A stretch of DNA of 64,000 bases from Octopus bimaculoides. Taxonomy: Eukaryota. Each line of letters begins with the position of its first letter. Within the stretch, counting starts at the first letter, position 1. Location: assembly GCF_001194135.2 (NCBI RefSeq), contig NC_068986.1:95881700-95945699 (forward strand). The letters run 5' to 3'. This document shows positions 47,001 to 59,000 of the stretch, in pieces. Under the pieces are notes generated by a model, which saw only the letters and a program-made list of their open reading frames with translations, did not search any database and had not been told where the DNA came from. The position numbers and the translations under genes were made by a program.

Positions 47001-50000
47001 TGGAAAGAATATGGTACAAATTGATCCCAAGTGCCAGTATTCAGGTGCCAGCATTGCTGATAATAAAAATTTCTAACCCAGGCATAAAGACCCAAAGACT
47101 GATATTTTAGTTTATCAGAGGCAAAGTTAGGCCCAGCATGACCTCAGTTATGTCTCTTTGCAAGGGATATGACTAAAAAGACAATAACAACATTTTGCCA
47201 ACTTTACAGTCTTTATAATAATGATTTCTAACTCAGACACAAGGCCAGTCAGAAATTCAGGAAAGAGTAGAGCTGATTACACTAATGTCCGACCTGAGTA
47301 TTTGGCTGGTATTTAATTTGAATCTTTAGAATGGTGAAAGATAACTCAGTACAGCAAGGCATTCCAATTCTACCTCTTCATTTATATTATAATATTAATA
47401 ATGATTTCTAATACGTTTACATATTCATATCCATTTCACCATCAGATGTAAATGGATAGGTGGGAGGTAAAAAACCCCTTCAGTTATGAATGACCATGGA
47501 ACTGCACCCAGAAATTTCCCCCCAGGCACATGTCCGGGTAAGGTTGTTTGTTAAAAATTAGCAGTCACCCATGCATACCAACCTCTCCACTCCACACCAC
47601 TGATGTCATCCAAGAGAAAGGCAAAGGCCAATACAGCTTGACACCAGTGACCCTGTTGGTGCTGTGCCTCATAAAAAGGCACCCAGTGCACTGTAAAGTG
47701 GTTGGTGTTAGGAAGGGTATCCAGGTGTAGAAACCATGCCAAAACAGACGATGGAGCCTAGTTCAGCTCCTAGCTATGCCAGCTCAAGTTGACCCATCCA
47801 ACCCATGCCAGTATGGAAAATGGATGTTAAATGATGATGATATATAAGTGCATGTGTATGTACTTATATACACACACATATATGAGATGCAGGCACAGCT
47901 GTGTGGTTAAGATGATCACTTTGGTGTTAGGTTCAGCCCCACAGTCCAGCGCCTTGAGCATGTGGCTTCTATTACAGCCCAGAGACAACCAACAGTGTGA
48001 ACGAATTTGATGTATGAAAACAGCAGGAAGTTTACCCTGTGTGCACATGAAAGCGTGTAAATGTAGACTTCCCACAGTTTTGTTTGAGTGAAACATATTA
48101 CCAACAAACAAGAAGTCAACACTTCATATCTGTCAGCCACTGCAGCTCGGTGAATTGAAAAAAACCCCATGAAATATTAAAGTTGTATGATAGAGAGGTG
48201 AACTGTGAAATGTATGAGGAAATGAAGAGTGTAACATGTGAGAAGAGAAGAGAGAGAAAGAGTAAGAGAAAAGAATCTTACAGCTCTTCAAGTTCTTTGT
48301 TGTGGTTGGTACGGTCTGGGTTATAAACAAAGATAATACCATTGGCATCTTTACTAAATGCTGCCCAACAGGATTCATATCTGAGACACAACACAGAAAA
48401 CAAGGTAAATTAATAAATTACAGTGACAGGTTTTCATTAATGTCCCATGACAACACAACCTCTTCATGGCTTATTGTGCACCACTAATTTTTGCAATGAT
48501 TTAAAGCAAAAGTCAAGCTATTTCTTACAGCTGGAGCATTGTCAGAATAAATTAGCTTTATTTTTATTCCCTACTTACTATGAATAAATCTGGTGTCCAG
48601 TGTATTATTTAAAATGTTAACTGGCTCAGCCTATAACTGGAACTTATCAATGATACATTTAACATGTTAACTGCCACAGCCTGTTACTGGAACTTACCAA
48701 TGATACCACGTATTTTATGCGGTCACACCGCATACTGTTTAGTTACAGAGAAATGTACTTTTACAATATTTCATAACTGAATTTCAATATTTAGCATTCA
48801 TGTTATTTGAATATCCTCAAAACCATGTGAGCTGAACAACCCCGTAGACGAAAATGGTGTTCATCTTAGAGGATACCGACAACGTATGTATGATCAATGG
48901 AGAGAAAGAAGATTGTTTCAACTCACGGAACAGAGATTATGTGATCAAGCTAGAGCTTGATCACATTTTATGATGGGATTTTATGATTCAGTGCGACCAT
49001 GAGAGAGAGAATAAGAAAACAGATGTAGTGTTAATTGAGAAAGAAAGCAAACAATGCTGGATCAGAGATATAACAAGCCCAACTGACAAGGTATGCGATA
49101 AGGAAGAAAGAAAAGTCAATAGATATTACAGGTTAGCTTGGAAATTTAAGCAGTTGTGGTCACTGAAAAAGGTGGTAGTAGTACCAATAACTGTTGGAGC
49201 CCTGGGAACAGTGAGTAAAAATCTTGAGTAGTACATGGAACAAATAGGGGCTGCAATAAGGGTGGAGCACTTGCAGAAAACAACACTGCTTGGAACTGCT
49301 CAAATACCCTGGATGGCACTCAAAATATAAGGGGTGTTACCTTAGTTCACTGCTAGTGAACAGCTGACACTGTAGTACATCTCCAGCAATAGAAACTGTG
49401 CAAAGACGATAAATAATAATAATAAAGACTTGTAACATAGGCACAAGACCAAAAATTATAAATTAGAGCAACTGAAGAGTAAATGGACACTAGACATAAC
49501 TAAATATTACAAAGCAATTTTTCTGTTCAACACACTGTTAATTTTGTCATACATTATCATCAGTAAATTAGGAAAGTATGAGTGGAATCCTGGGTTCAAC
49601 CAGAAGAATGTGCTTTTCTTAAGGAGTTTGTTTGAAAGTTGATGTGATACACTAGCTTTTAATCCAGTGGATATTTCACACATTCCATTCTAAATGATAG
49701 AAACTGGAATGAAGTATTGGCTCTATGGTGACTGGATGTTTCTAAAAGGATTAACTAAACCTAACTTTATTGTATTGATTACAGATATATAACAGCACAA
49801 CTACTGTATTGGGTGATAGATGCCTTTTTGCTAAAAAGTGTAGTGCACTATTACACATCATGGGACAGTAATGCTATTTACATGTTGTACTAAAATTGGA
49901 CACAGCAAATTCATATAAATCTACCTTCACAAATGATGTATAAGCTCCATTATGAAATGTAACTGGACAACGTGTTTAGACATGAATTCCATCTCAAAAA

Positions 50001-50178
50001 CTATCCCTCTTATAGATTCAAAGAAAAAAGGTAAAAAATGACCATAACAAAACATAACAATATCTGTTTCAACACAGGGTTTCACATCAGCAATCAGGCA
50101 AAATAAATTCATAAACACACACACACACATATATATCATCATGATCATCATCATTTAACATCAACTTTCCATGCTGGC

Positions 50179-50248
<70 letters not shown>

Positions 50249-50480
50249 CACCATTTCAATACTGCTACAAGCCTGTAATCACCATTGTAAGACAACTACT
50301 ACTACATACCTATGATCACCACTACAATCCCATAATTCGATATCAGCAACAGTATTACGACCATCCAGAATCATTGGCTGTTCAAACTCCATTATTCTGT
50401 TCAGAGAAAGAAAGAAAAACAAAATATATAGGTTTATAATTTTGGGAATGACTGCTAGTCTCATTTTCAAAGTTGAATTT

Positions 50481-50525
<45 letters not shown>

Positions 50526-53500
50526 GTATATACACACTCACACCCAATCAAATAAATTCATACCCATGTTCTGGTTGAGGCTCCCCTCCATCTTATCTCT
50601 TGTACACAGCACACATCTACTTATCACAGCTTCAGCATCTCTACAATCTCTCCAGATCTAACAGTCTTTCAGGTGTTAATAAGATATTTTCTTCACCTGG
50701 AGGATGATACATATTGAGACAAAAATCTGAATGGCAATAGAATGAATTGTCAACATCGAATATATATATAAGAGATTTTGCAGAAAATACTTGATGCAGT
50801 CACAATATTTGAAGAAAGATTTTCTTAAAAGTTACTATCTATTTTAAAAAGCTTTTTAAGAAAGTTTTTGTATCGTGCATTACTTTGCTGTTTGACTTTT
50901 CAAGCACACATGTCCTGGGCTTATGTATGTGTACATCATCATCATCATTCCTCCCATCACCATCCTCACCACCAATAAAACCTCCTTTAATACAGTGATG
51001 ATAATACACTGAGGAGCCTCAAGATAGTTATCTGATATACTAGAAATAGTAGTCAAATCTTTCTTGCATCACACCATACAACCCTTTGAAAAGGATAGTT
51101 TGAATAATATTGTTCTTCATATGTTATATCAGACAAAAATTTTTGTAAAAATGGAATACTTTAGGTCAAAGCATCTTTCATCATAGCTTTGCTTGATCAG
51201 GTCTGATATCAGGTTAAACAACCAACAACTGCAACAACAACAACAATGATGAAAATCAAGAAGAAATTAGTTAATTCTAGAGTATGTCACTCACCTGACC
51301 CCAACAGTAGGAGAAATATTTGTAACTTCAGTGGCTTTACACAGGAAATTAGCCAGGACTGTTTTGCCACTCTGAAAATAAATGGAGATAACATTGGGGC
51401 TTCAAAGTTTGACACAAGAGCATCAGTTTTGGGAGATATGGTAAGGTGATTACATCACTTCCAGTGCTCAACTAGTACTTATTTTATCGACCTTGAAAGG
51501 ATGAAAAGCAAAGTCAACCTCAGCAGAATTTGAACTCAGAGCATAAAAATGGACAAAATGCTACTAGGCATTTTGCCCAGCTAGTTAAAGATTTTGCTAG
51601 CTCAAATGGAGAAAATATTAAACTATAACAAATCCACAAAGAGATTTTGAGCTTGGTTTCCAACCATAGGGTTTCAGGTTTACTCCTTAGGTAAGTGTCT
51701 TCTCCTATAGCCTCAGGCTGACCAAAGCCTTGTGAGTAAATTTGGTAAGTGGAAACTAAAGTCCATCATGTGTATATGTGTGAGAGTGAAATGCTTGTAC
51801 CCTTTGTACTGCGGGCAAATTCCACAATATCATGCCTTCTGATGGTTTGTATACATTTAGTACGATACCCAGATGGTGATTTTAGACGATATAGACTGAA
51901 AATGCACTCCTATATAATTAGGCTATATATCAATTTCTCATGGAACCTTTAGTAATGTCTCACAGAATCCTATGGGAATACTCATCTAAAATAAGGCTAT
52001 ATATGTCATAAACATATAATTATACTTCGGTATAATAAATTGTTTAGTTTCCCATCCTTTATTAGTGTAAACAGAGAACAAACAAAGGAGGATATTCTAC
52101 AGAGACATTGCATTCTTGCAGAAAAAGAACACAGTATCTGGTCCTACAAGGAATTTCCTTTCAGAATAGTAGCGTAGGGTGGCTGAGTGAGCTATAGACC
52201 AAAATAGTTGCAACATTGTTGCTTTTGATGGATAAAACGTGCATGTTGAGTTACATATCATTATAAGTGAATCCTGGCTGTCATGCATCAGTTAAATTCA
52301 TTTTTTGTCCCAGCTGTAGCAACTATCACAGACATTGATCATGTGTTTAACCCAGATACATGTCTTTTGGGAAGACAAAGTAGGTAGGTTTACAGTTCCT
52401 GAAGCTTGTATGGTCCAAATTCTACTTAAATATTATCCATCATCACACCAACACCAACTTAAGGAGTCAGCATTGATACAGTAAATTGTTAACAAAAGAC
52501 CACTTACCACTAAGAATCAATATGTAAAAAAAACAACTTTTACAACAAAAACTATTTGCATACATATTGTCTCATAGTGATAAGGTGTTTTGCTGAAAAC
52601 TGACTTTATTACTTTATATATTTATTAATGCCTACTGCCTGCAGAGTGTATTTACTCACTATTTACTGTTTAGTCTAAATGCTTTACAAACAAAAGGATG
52701 CAACAAGCACTGACTGACATCACAGCACACTTGGCAGAGTTACGAGGGTGGGCTGAAAAGTTAGTAGGCTGACTACGAAGGAGTGATGCTAGAGCTGTGA
52801 AATCATGCATGATTTCATTTCAACTCTCCTTATTAATAACTGCATTGTTTCTTTCCATGCAAACTGATATCTGACTGGTCAAAGAAAACTTCAGCTTTGG
52901 CAGCAGTGCAAAAGTGGGCAGTTAGATTTAGGAGGAGGGAGGGTCCTGAAGATGACTCAAGGTATGGACTGAAGATGACTCAAGGTCCTACAACTGCCAC
53001 CACTGAGGAAAACATTGTGTTCACCACATGGTGATTGACTATAAATCAAATAACCAAGGCTGTTAGTATATCCCGTGAGAGAGTTGAGAATATACTGCAC
53101 AATGAACTTGGCATGACAAAGGTTTCTGCTAGCTGGGTACCATGTCTTCTGACACCTGATCAAAAAGCACACCAGACGGATCACATCAGGAAAATCTGAC
53201 ATTGTTTAAAGCAGATCCAACTCTCCCTTTGATCTGTCTTGCAAAATGATACATTTGAAATGTAGTCCAACATATGTTTGGATGAAAAACAGGGTGACCA
53301 CGATAGAAGGTCCTTGGTCATAGGTCTGCTTGATTAGGGCTGACCTTGGGCTAAAGAACACTAACATTAATTCCCATAATGTAGTTTTGACATTTTCTTG
53401 CACAGTTTGTTTTATTTTCTGAAGTTAGTAAAACAAAGTTGTGGATATTTCAATGGAGGGGTAGAGGTAGTAAATGTCAAATAATGCAAACGAAGGAGTA

Positions 53501-54062
53501 ACTAAGTCTTATAGCAACTAAATCTCCCTCAAACCACCTCTTACCATCTTTAAAATGGACACAATGGTTAATACTGTGCTTGTAAATGAAAAGATGTAGT
53601 GGTCAATACTAGAACGCTTCAGATCAAAGACCTGGTTATTTAGTGTTAGCCTGAAGTTAAAGACAATAAATGTAACGTTGAATATCTGCGAGTTTTCGAA
53701 TCTTCTTCTTTGTGGGTGGAGATGAAATACGGCAGAATGAGAAAATCAAGAGTTTTTTTTTAATAGTTGTCATTTAGTCTCCGGCCAGCCTTCATGTAAC
53801 AAATATATGATAAAAGACTTTCCAAACATGACCATCATTTTTTAATTCAGACTTAGTGTATATAGAACTTATGCAGTGTGTCATTTCATTTAGAAAGTTT
53901 GTGTAATTTGAGGGAGGCTTAACTGCTCTTTCTAGCAGTTCTCTCACTGGTTCGGTCTTAAGCCTAATCAAGATAATTTATTGACATAACAACACTATTT
54001 TAAGCAAATACACTTACTTCCATCGGCCCGAGAAGTAAAACTTTGGCTTTGAACATAGACAT
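40871..54062 (-). CDS. IFT22: Intraflagellar transport protein 22 (Rab-like 5), complete spliced CDS (6 exons, 567 nt, 188 aa)
   Basis: Exons 54062-54018, 51371-51295, 50396-50310, 48380-48282, 46928-46825, 41025-40871, all GT-AG with matching phases. Motifs: MFKAKVLLLGPMESGKTVLANFL (P-loop), SPTVGVRIMEFE, ELWDCSGD, YESCW, KRDQEELSIM. A second in-frame ATG lies at 54056. Confidence 0.95.
41411..41787 (+). mobile_element. Full-length tRNA-derived SINE (family C) with (AAC)n tail
   Basis: GGAGGCGCAATGGCCCAGCGGTTAGGGCAGCGGACTCGCGG head, CpGs retained, ends GGAGTGCCAACAACAAC. Confidence 0.75.
42137..42199 (+). repeat. 24-bp tandem repeat, 2.6 copies
   Basis: CAAAGCCCTCTTGAYCCACTCCAT repeated. 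Confidence 0.85.
42455..43130 (-). mobile_element. CR1-clade LINE 3' end
   Basis: LYIAMVQPHLEFASPVWNPY and YSERLTYLGMDSLKLRRLATDL...GH.YKVRKQHS..DFRKHFFTLRVAE; (ATT)n tail near 42460. Confidence 0.85.
43134..43356. mobile_element. TTAA-flanked MITE (piggyBac-like non-autonomous element)
   Basis: TTAA|CCCTTTACCATT ... AATGCCAAAGGA|TTAA, about 215 bp; related copies at about 16150-16357 and 31690-31790. Confidence 0.7.
44150..44380 (+). mobile_element. Abundant dispersed repeat (family E), copy bracketed by an 18-bp direct repeat
   Basis: GCTAGAAATAxxxGCCAAATC...TTTGATCATAGG core. Other copies at about 16968-17115, 41900-42070, 51030-51235, 53505-53670, 58670-58830 (+) and 27530-27660, 56150-56345 (-). 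Confidence 0.65.
45370..45700 (-). mobile_element. Mariner 5' fragment, same family as 29058-29890
   Basis: TIR TA|TGAGGTAGTATCAAAAAGTTCCCAGA; shared leader and AAATTTTGCATT-AACTTGGGAAGTCT transposase start. Confidence 0.85.
46110..46575 (+). mobile_element. Tx1/L1-like LINE 3' end
   Basis: IHFFRYHLKRKVRVEREVLTSSKFVKR*VNVAKMVHING; ends GGCCCTTGTGGCTAATAAAGAAA plus (ATT)n. Confidence 0.6.
46825..46928 (-). CDS. IFT22: IFT22 exon 5 (LAYFLPQTGLTTNHCFCVSNVRAEAYNAPVRSEL)
   Basis: TAG acceptor, GTGAGT donor; the only segment found that bridges phase 2 to phase 1; divergent sequence. Confidence 0.82.
48282..48380 (-). CDS. IFT22: IFT22 exon 4 (YESCWAAFSKDANGIIFVYNPDRTNHNKELEEL)
   Basis: CAG acceptor, GTAAGA donor, phase 2-2. 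Confidence 0.95.
48614..48707 (+). repeat. 50-bp tandem duplication
   Basis: ATGTTAACTG.C.CAGCCT.T.ACTGGAACTTA.CAATGATAC at 48614 and 48664. Confidence 0.8.
48830..49425 (+). mobile_element. R4/Dong-like non-LTR element, internally deleted
   Basis: N-terminal GYRQRMYDQW...TEQRLCDQAR joined to the C-terminal endonuclease region WDFMIQCDH...DVVLIEKE...VVPITVGALGTVSKNL; (TAA)n tail. Confidence 0.75.
50171..50246. repeat. Compound microsatellite (TA)n(TG)n
   Basis: Direct observation. Similar tracts at 33120-33155, 38555-38610, 39865-39895 and 46083-46110. Confidence 0.9.
50310..50396 (-). CDS. IFT22: IFT22 exon 3 (IMEFEQPMILDGRNTVADIELWDCSGDHR)
   Basis: CAG acceptor, GTATGT donor, G3-like WDCSG. 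Confidence 0.95.
51295..51371 (-). CDS. IFT22: IFT22 exon 2 (SGKTVLANFLCKATEVTNISPTVGVR)
   Basis: CAG acceptor, GTGAGT donor, 77 nt. Confidence 0.95.
52743..53220 (+). mobile_element. Mariner 5' fragment, second family
   Basis: TA|CGAGGGTGGGCTGAAAAGTT TIR; ILHNELGMTKVSASWVPCLLTPDQK (WVPxxL motif). Confidence 0.85.
54018..54062 (-). CDS. IFT22: IFT22 exon 1 (MSMFKAKVLLLGPME)
   Basis: ACCATG context, GTAAGT donor. Confidence 0.93.
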
Positions 54063-54448
54063 GGTTTTTCTGGTGTGGTTTATGTGTTACTTGGTAACCA
54101 GGCTCCTGGTACTACTGCCGCCCTCTCTTGGCAAAACATTACACTAGCAGTAATAAATATCATTAGCAATGCGGTGGATCAAATATACCAACATATAAAC
54201 ACGTTTTTTACAACTATTTTGCCACCAATTTTATTTACACATTACCATAAAAAATACATTTCTTAGGAGTGAATTATGTTTGATAAAAGGCAAAAAATCT
54301 AGCTATGTAGGTACATTTTTTTGTCTCTCGACGAAGCTGAATAAATATTACACAGGAACTAGACACCGTTTACACGTGGACGGTTACTCGTTTTATGGGA
54401 ACGATGGCGGGATTTCTGATATAAATATTGACATTTTGGTTTGTAAGT
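54063..54448. promoter_or_regulatory. Candidate bidirectional promoter IFT22/BRIP1 with putative BRIP1 non-coding exon 1
   Basis: E-box CACGTG 54373-54378, YY1/E2F-like GATGGCGGGA 54403-54412, donor GTAAGT at 54443. Confidence 0.5.
54086..54098 (-). promoter_or_regulatory. RFX X-box upstream of IFT22
   Basis: Minus strand GTTACC-A-AGTAAC matches GTNRCC(N0-3)RGYAAC, 24 nt upstream of the first ATG of a ciliary gene. Confidence 0.7.
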
Positions 54449-55924
54449 AGATTTATAAGAATCGGCACTTTAATCTATTAACTTTACCCTTCAAATTATC
54501 TCATTTGTTTTGCATTCATTTACTTAGTAACTTTTAATGTATTCCATTACAAACTTAAACTAAAGAAGAGCGCAAGTACGCAGGCGAATTAAGCTATCTT
54601 AAATAAGTAAACATTCAAATGATAAATAAATATGTCTTTTTCCTAATAGAATTAATGACAGTGTGATTTTAAAGAAGCTTTATGACTATAGTGGTTTCTA
54701 AATTTCAGTTTACTAATATGCACTAACTTATGTTAATTACGTTTTCTAGTGAAACAAGTGTGTACTTCGCTTCTTGCATGTTTTAGATTTGCTGTCGAAA
54801 CAAGATGATTACCGCTTACGTTGCTTGTTAAACATTGTCTTTTTAAACATTTTCTTTTCTTATTATTTTTCCCTTTAAAACATTGTCTGTATTCGATTGC
54901 TTCGGACAGTCTGAAAGTGAAATAACTAGTTTCTCTAGAATTGTTCAGCTTCCCCCGATTTTTCACGAGAAAAAAAAAAAAACGTCTTTCTGTGAATACC
55001 AAAAATGTCCGCTTTAGTAAGACACACCGATTGATATATATATCATTTTGCCTTTTAGTTCCTAACTTTTAAACTAGAAGAGAGTTTACCTATCCGTTTT
55101 ATACTGAATGACACTGTAGGATATTGTTTGAATCATCTATCGATCAGTTCACTGTATTGCCAGAAATCACTTCCTGTTTGATTACTGCTAACAGGTGATG
55201 CTGAAATTGACGAACATTTGGTTAGTTTCCACTCTTGAAATCAAGTCCCTTCATGCAAGCCAACAAGGGTAATTCCATGTAGTTGCCTTTCCTTTTAAGT
55301 CATACCTTATTGTCTCAAAAGAAGAAAGGCAATGCAATCCTACATACATGAAGTTGGGCTGATCACAGCTGAGATACTGTTTTCGATCATAGATCTGTTC
55401 AATCAAAATTCTTTGCATAGATCTGAAGAAAGTTTTAGGTCATCCTTGATTGCATGGACCTGTGATCAGAAGTATTCCAACCATGACCATTCCATTTTTT
55501 CTAGTACTTTTCCCTGATGCTGTGCAATCAGGACTGTAGGGTGGGATTTGAAAGAAATTTGATTGTTGTTTCAAGCAGATCAATAACTACTTAAGTGCTC
55601 TCGTTATCTGGAACACAGTTACACACACACACACACACACACACATTTATATATTAAAAGCTACATGTTCAAATGCATGCATTGTGTGACTATTAAAACT
55701 ACAGAAAATATGAAATTAAGGATTGTTTACAAGTATATTAGTAATTCACCCAAAATAGCATTTTCTGATAAATATGAATATCAGTAATATGCTAGGATTC
55801 ATCTAAATGCTATGTAAGCTCTGTGGTGACCTGTTTGCTTGTGATATTATTTGAGAATTATTTAACTAGTACAGCAACATGTTTCTGTTTTCATCAAGGT
55901 TTCTGGCTCCTTCTGTCAGCAACA

Positions 55925-56014
55925 ATGGAAAGCACGGAGGTGTATCATATTGGGGGTCATAAGGTTATGTTCCCCTTTAAACCTTACCCTTCCCAGTTTG
56001 ATATGATGAATAAG
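55925..56014 (+). CDS. BRIP1: BRIP1 coding exon 1 ([30 protein letters not shown])
   Basis: ACAATGG start context, GTAAGA donor; AAG acceptor ending at 55898 implies an upstream non-coding exon. Confidence 0.92.
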
Positions 56015-59000
56015 GTAAGAAATCAACTCAAACGCTTTTGTTGTTATTTTTCTATAGGTTGTTCTTAAGTATTTTAATATATTCTACATTGTGTATATAT
56101 GTCTATGTATTAGTTGTTTAACCCCTAGCTTGTTCAGAACAAGGAGACCTGTGAGCATAGACATTACAGTTGCTTTCATCCCATCTTTTTTAGGTATGAA
56201 ACACTAGATGTTGTAGTCTGCACCATCTGGCGTTTCCTACCATTTTAAATAGGAAGCATCTAATGTTTCCTTGTGTCCTTTACTTATTTAAGGTAGTACA
56301 GTGTGGTTTGTGGGAGATATGATGACTATTTCTAGCAGGTTAAGTAACTGAGATGTTCCTTTGAGTTGCTCTATTTACGTGTGTGTGTATGTTATAATTC
56401 CTTAGACTTTACTTATGTCAGTCTACCTAACTGTAAATAGCTTCTACTACTTCCTGCTACTTGCACTGTATCATGTCACCTTCAAACATTGTACAATGTG
56501 ACATACATTACGTGTATATGTAATGTTGTTTAGCTCCTGGTCAGTTCTGGTCAAAGTGTCCCACCCTTGACCATCCCATTATTTAACAATTTTTCCAGGA
56601 TAACGTTATCCTCTGTGTCCTTCTTTTGTTTAGATTATAAAGTGTGATTTGAAAGAAATTTACTATTTTCTTTAGTAGGTTTGAGTATGTATACAGAGGC
56701 TTGTTTGTTGGGTTATAGTGTTTGGTGTTTGTATGTTTGTTGTTTACTTAAATTAATTTGTTGTTGTTATTTAAATGTATTTATTTTCATATAATTTCTG
56801 CTGGGGTCTGGCCCCCTTTGTCTCGTTCCTTCTCAGATTCTTAGTGGATTGGACAAAAGACTGAACTGTCTCTTGGAAAGTCCTACTGGAAGTGGTAAAA
56901 CACTCTCCTTACTTTGTTCAAGTTTAGCTTGGCAGAAAACCGAGGCCGGTAAGTTGATCATCTCTGTTTTTTTTCTTGTGTATATATATATATGTCAGTG
57001 TAGTTTGACTCATTTATATAAGTGGAGTTCAGTGAGAAAATAGGGTTTGTGTTTGTTTTTCTTTTTTGTTTTTTTTTTGCTTTTGAATTTACTCTCACTA
57101 TTATAACATGATTGACTCCTTACTTGATGAGTTTGAGTGGATGCTCTTGATGAGTAAACAAGACTTACTCTTTTCATGATGTACTTAAGAGCAGCTTTGT
57201 GAGATTGTAGAATTTATCTTCCTCTTAGCATGTTTGAGTGACTCTCAGTGACAGAGTATGACTCTTTCCTCAATGTTTTTGAGTGTAGCTTGTTAAGACA
57301 ACAGGATTTATCTTTTTCTTATTAACATTATTTCATGCCAATGGATTGGCAGAATCTTTAGGGTGTTGGACAGAATACCTAGGAGTATTTATTCTAGCAC
57401 TTTGCATTCTGAGTTCAAATCCCAACTTCGCCTTTCATCCTTCAGGGATCAATAACATACCAGTCAAGAATTAAGGTCAATATAGTTCACTGTTTCCTTC
57501 CCTTCAAAATTTCTGTCCTTATGCCTATGTTAGAAACATTAACATCGTCATTATCATCAACATTATTATTTTTTTCTTTGTTGCAGCTAAAATTGAAATA
57601 TTGAATAAGGAAAACCAGAAAAGTAAGAATTATTTATATATTTCGCCCCTATTGTCGTATTAGTAGTGGGAATAGAGACAGTCAAGAGGTTGCTGTTTCA
57701 TATCCTGTTAACTACATTGTGTTGTATCTCTGGTCAAGAAACTTAATTCGTAAATAGCTCAGTCCACCTACCTAAAAGTAGATACCACAGAGTAAGAAGA
57801 GCCTTTGTTGTTGCTTAGCACTCGGTCATCTGTGATTAAGTAGATTGGAGGTTTTCCAACTATGAGCATCCCATTTTTGTCTTTTTGAGACTTGTCAACC
57901 TTCTTTAAGATAGTAAGGTGTTATATGAAGGAGATATGGTTGCTATTTCTAGCAAGCAGAGTGACCACTTAGAGACCTTAAGCCTATGCTTGAGCAACAA
58001 CTTGTTCTAAGTCAGTGATTCTCAAACAGGATATATTTGCTCCTTGAGGATAAAAATCTATGTGGCAGGGCACAAATTATATTAAGACCTAAGAGAAGTC
58101 ATACATATATTACATAACAGCAGAAGAGATGCAGTGTAATGAAATCCTGATAAATTGCAGTGCTTTGCTATATATACTGTCTTGCATGGGAGTAAAGGTA
58201 TAAATTTGATGGAGAATAAATGACAGAAAGAGATGAGAGAATCACTGTTGTAAGCAGTGGCAACATCACTGTAAATGTGGTAAGTAGTGCTGGTTTCAGG
58301 TTTCAACTCCTCTTGCAGATAATAGAGCTTAGAGAGCTGTAGGTTCCATCAGAGTCATTTGCTCTAAGCATCTTTGTACACTAGAGAGAGATTGAATCTG
58401 TATTGATTCAGAGTGGATACACCACTATCGGTATTGGTTGACAATAGTGCTTATAGAACATGGTGATTGGTGGTTGATATCTGTACTACCATGTAGTATA
58501 GCTATCAGCTGTAGTTACCACCCACTGCTGTCACCTCTATTAACCAGCCACTTCTGTACCAGCATGACATACTTCTGTTCCATTACTGCCCACCATCATC
58601 ATGTGTCAATGTCACTATAATCTATCTCTGCTTTTTCAAATTAATGAGTGAAGCTCTGCATAATTGTTTTACTTGTTAGAAATAGCAGACAAATCTTCAG
58701 ATCACACCCTTAAAAAAGAAAAACACATTGGATAATATACTGGGTTTTTAAAAGTATATTGGCTGAAATGCCTTTTGATCATCAGTCTACTTGATCAGGG
58801 TTGACCTGGGCCTCAGCTAAACGGCAACCTCCATTGTAGCTACTTAATCATCCTTTATCACCACATATCCATACATCAGTTTGACCTGCCTCATGAACCA
58901 CTATCATGACAACAGTTAAAACATACCAGTTTCTACCATGTTTTAGTCTAGGCAATATGATCTGACTACCTACCACACTACATCCCATACAAAACCCCAC

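Noticed and set aside
54820-54833. Second X-box-like sequence GTTGCTTGTTAAAC
   Set aside because: The 3' half-site does not fit RGYAAC.
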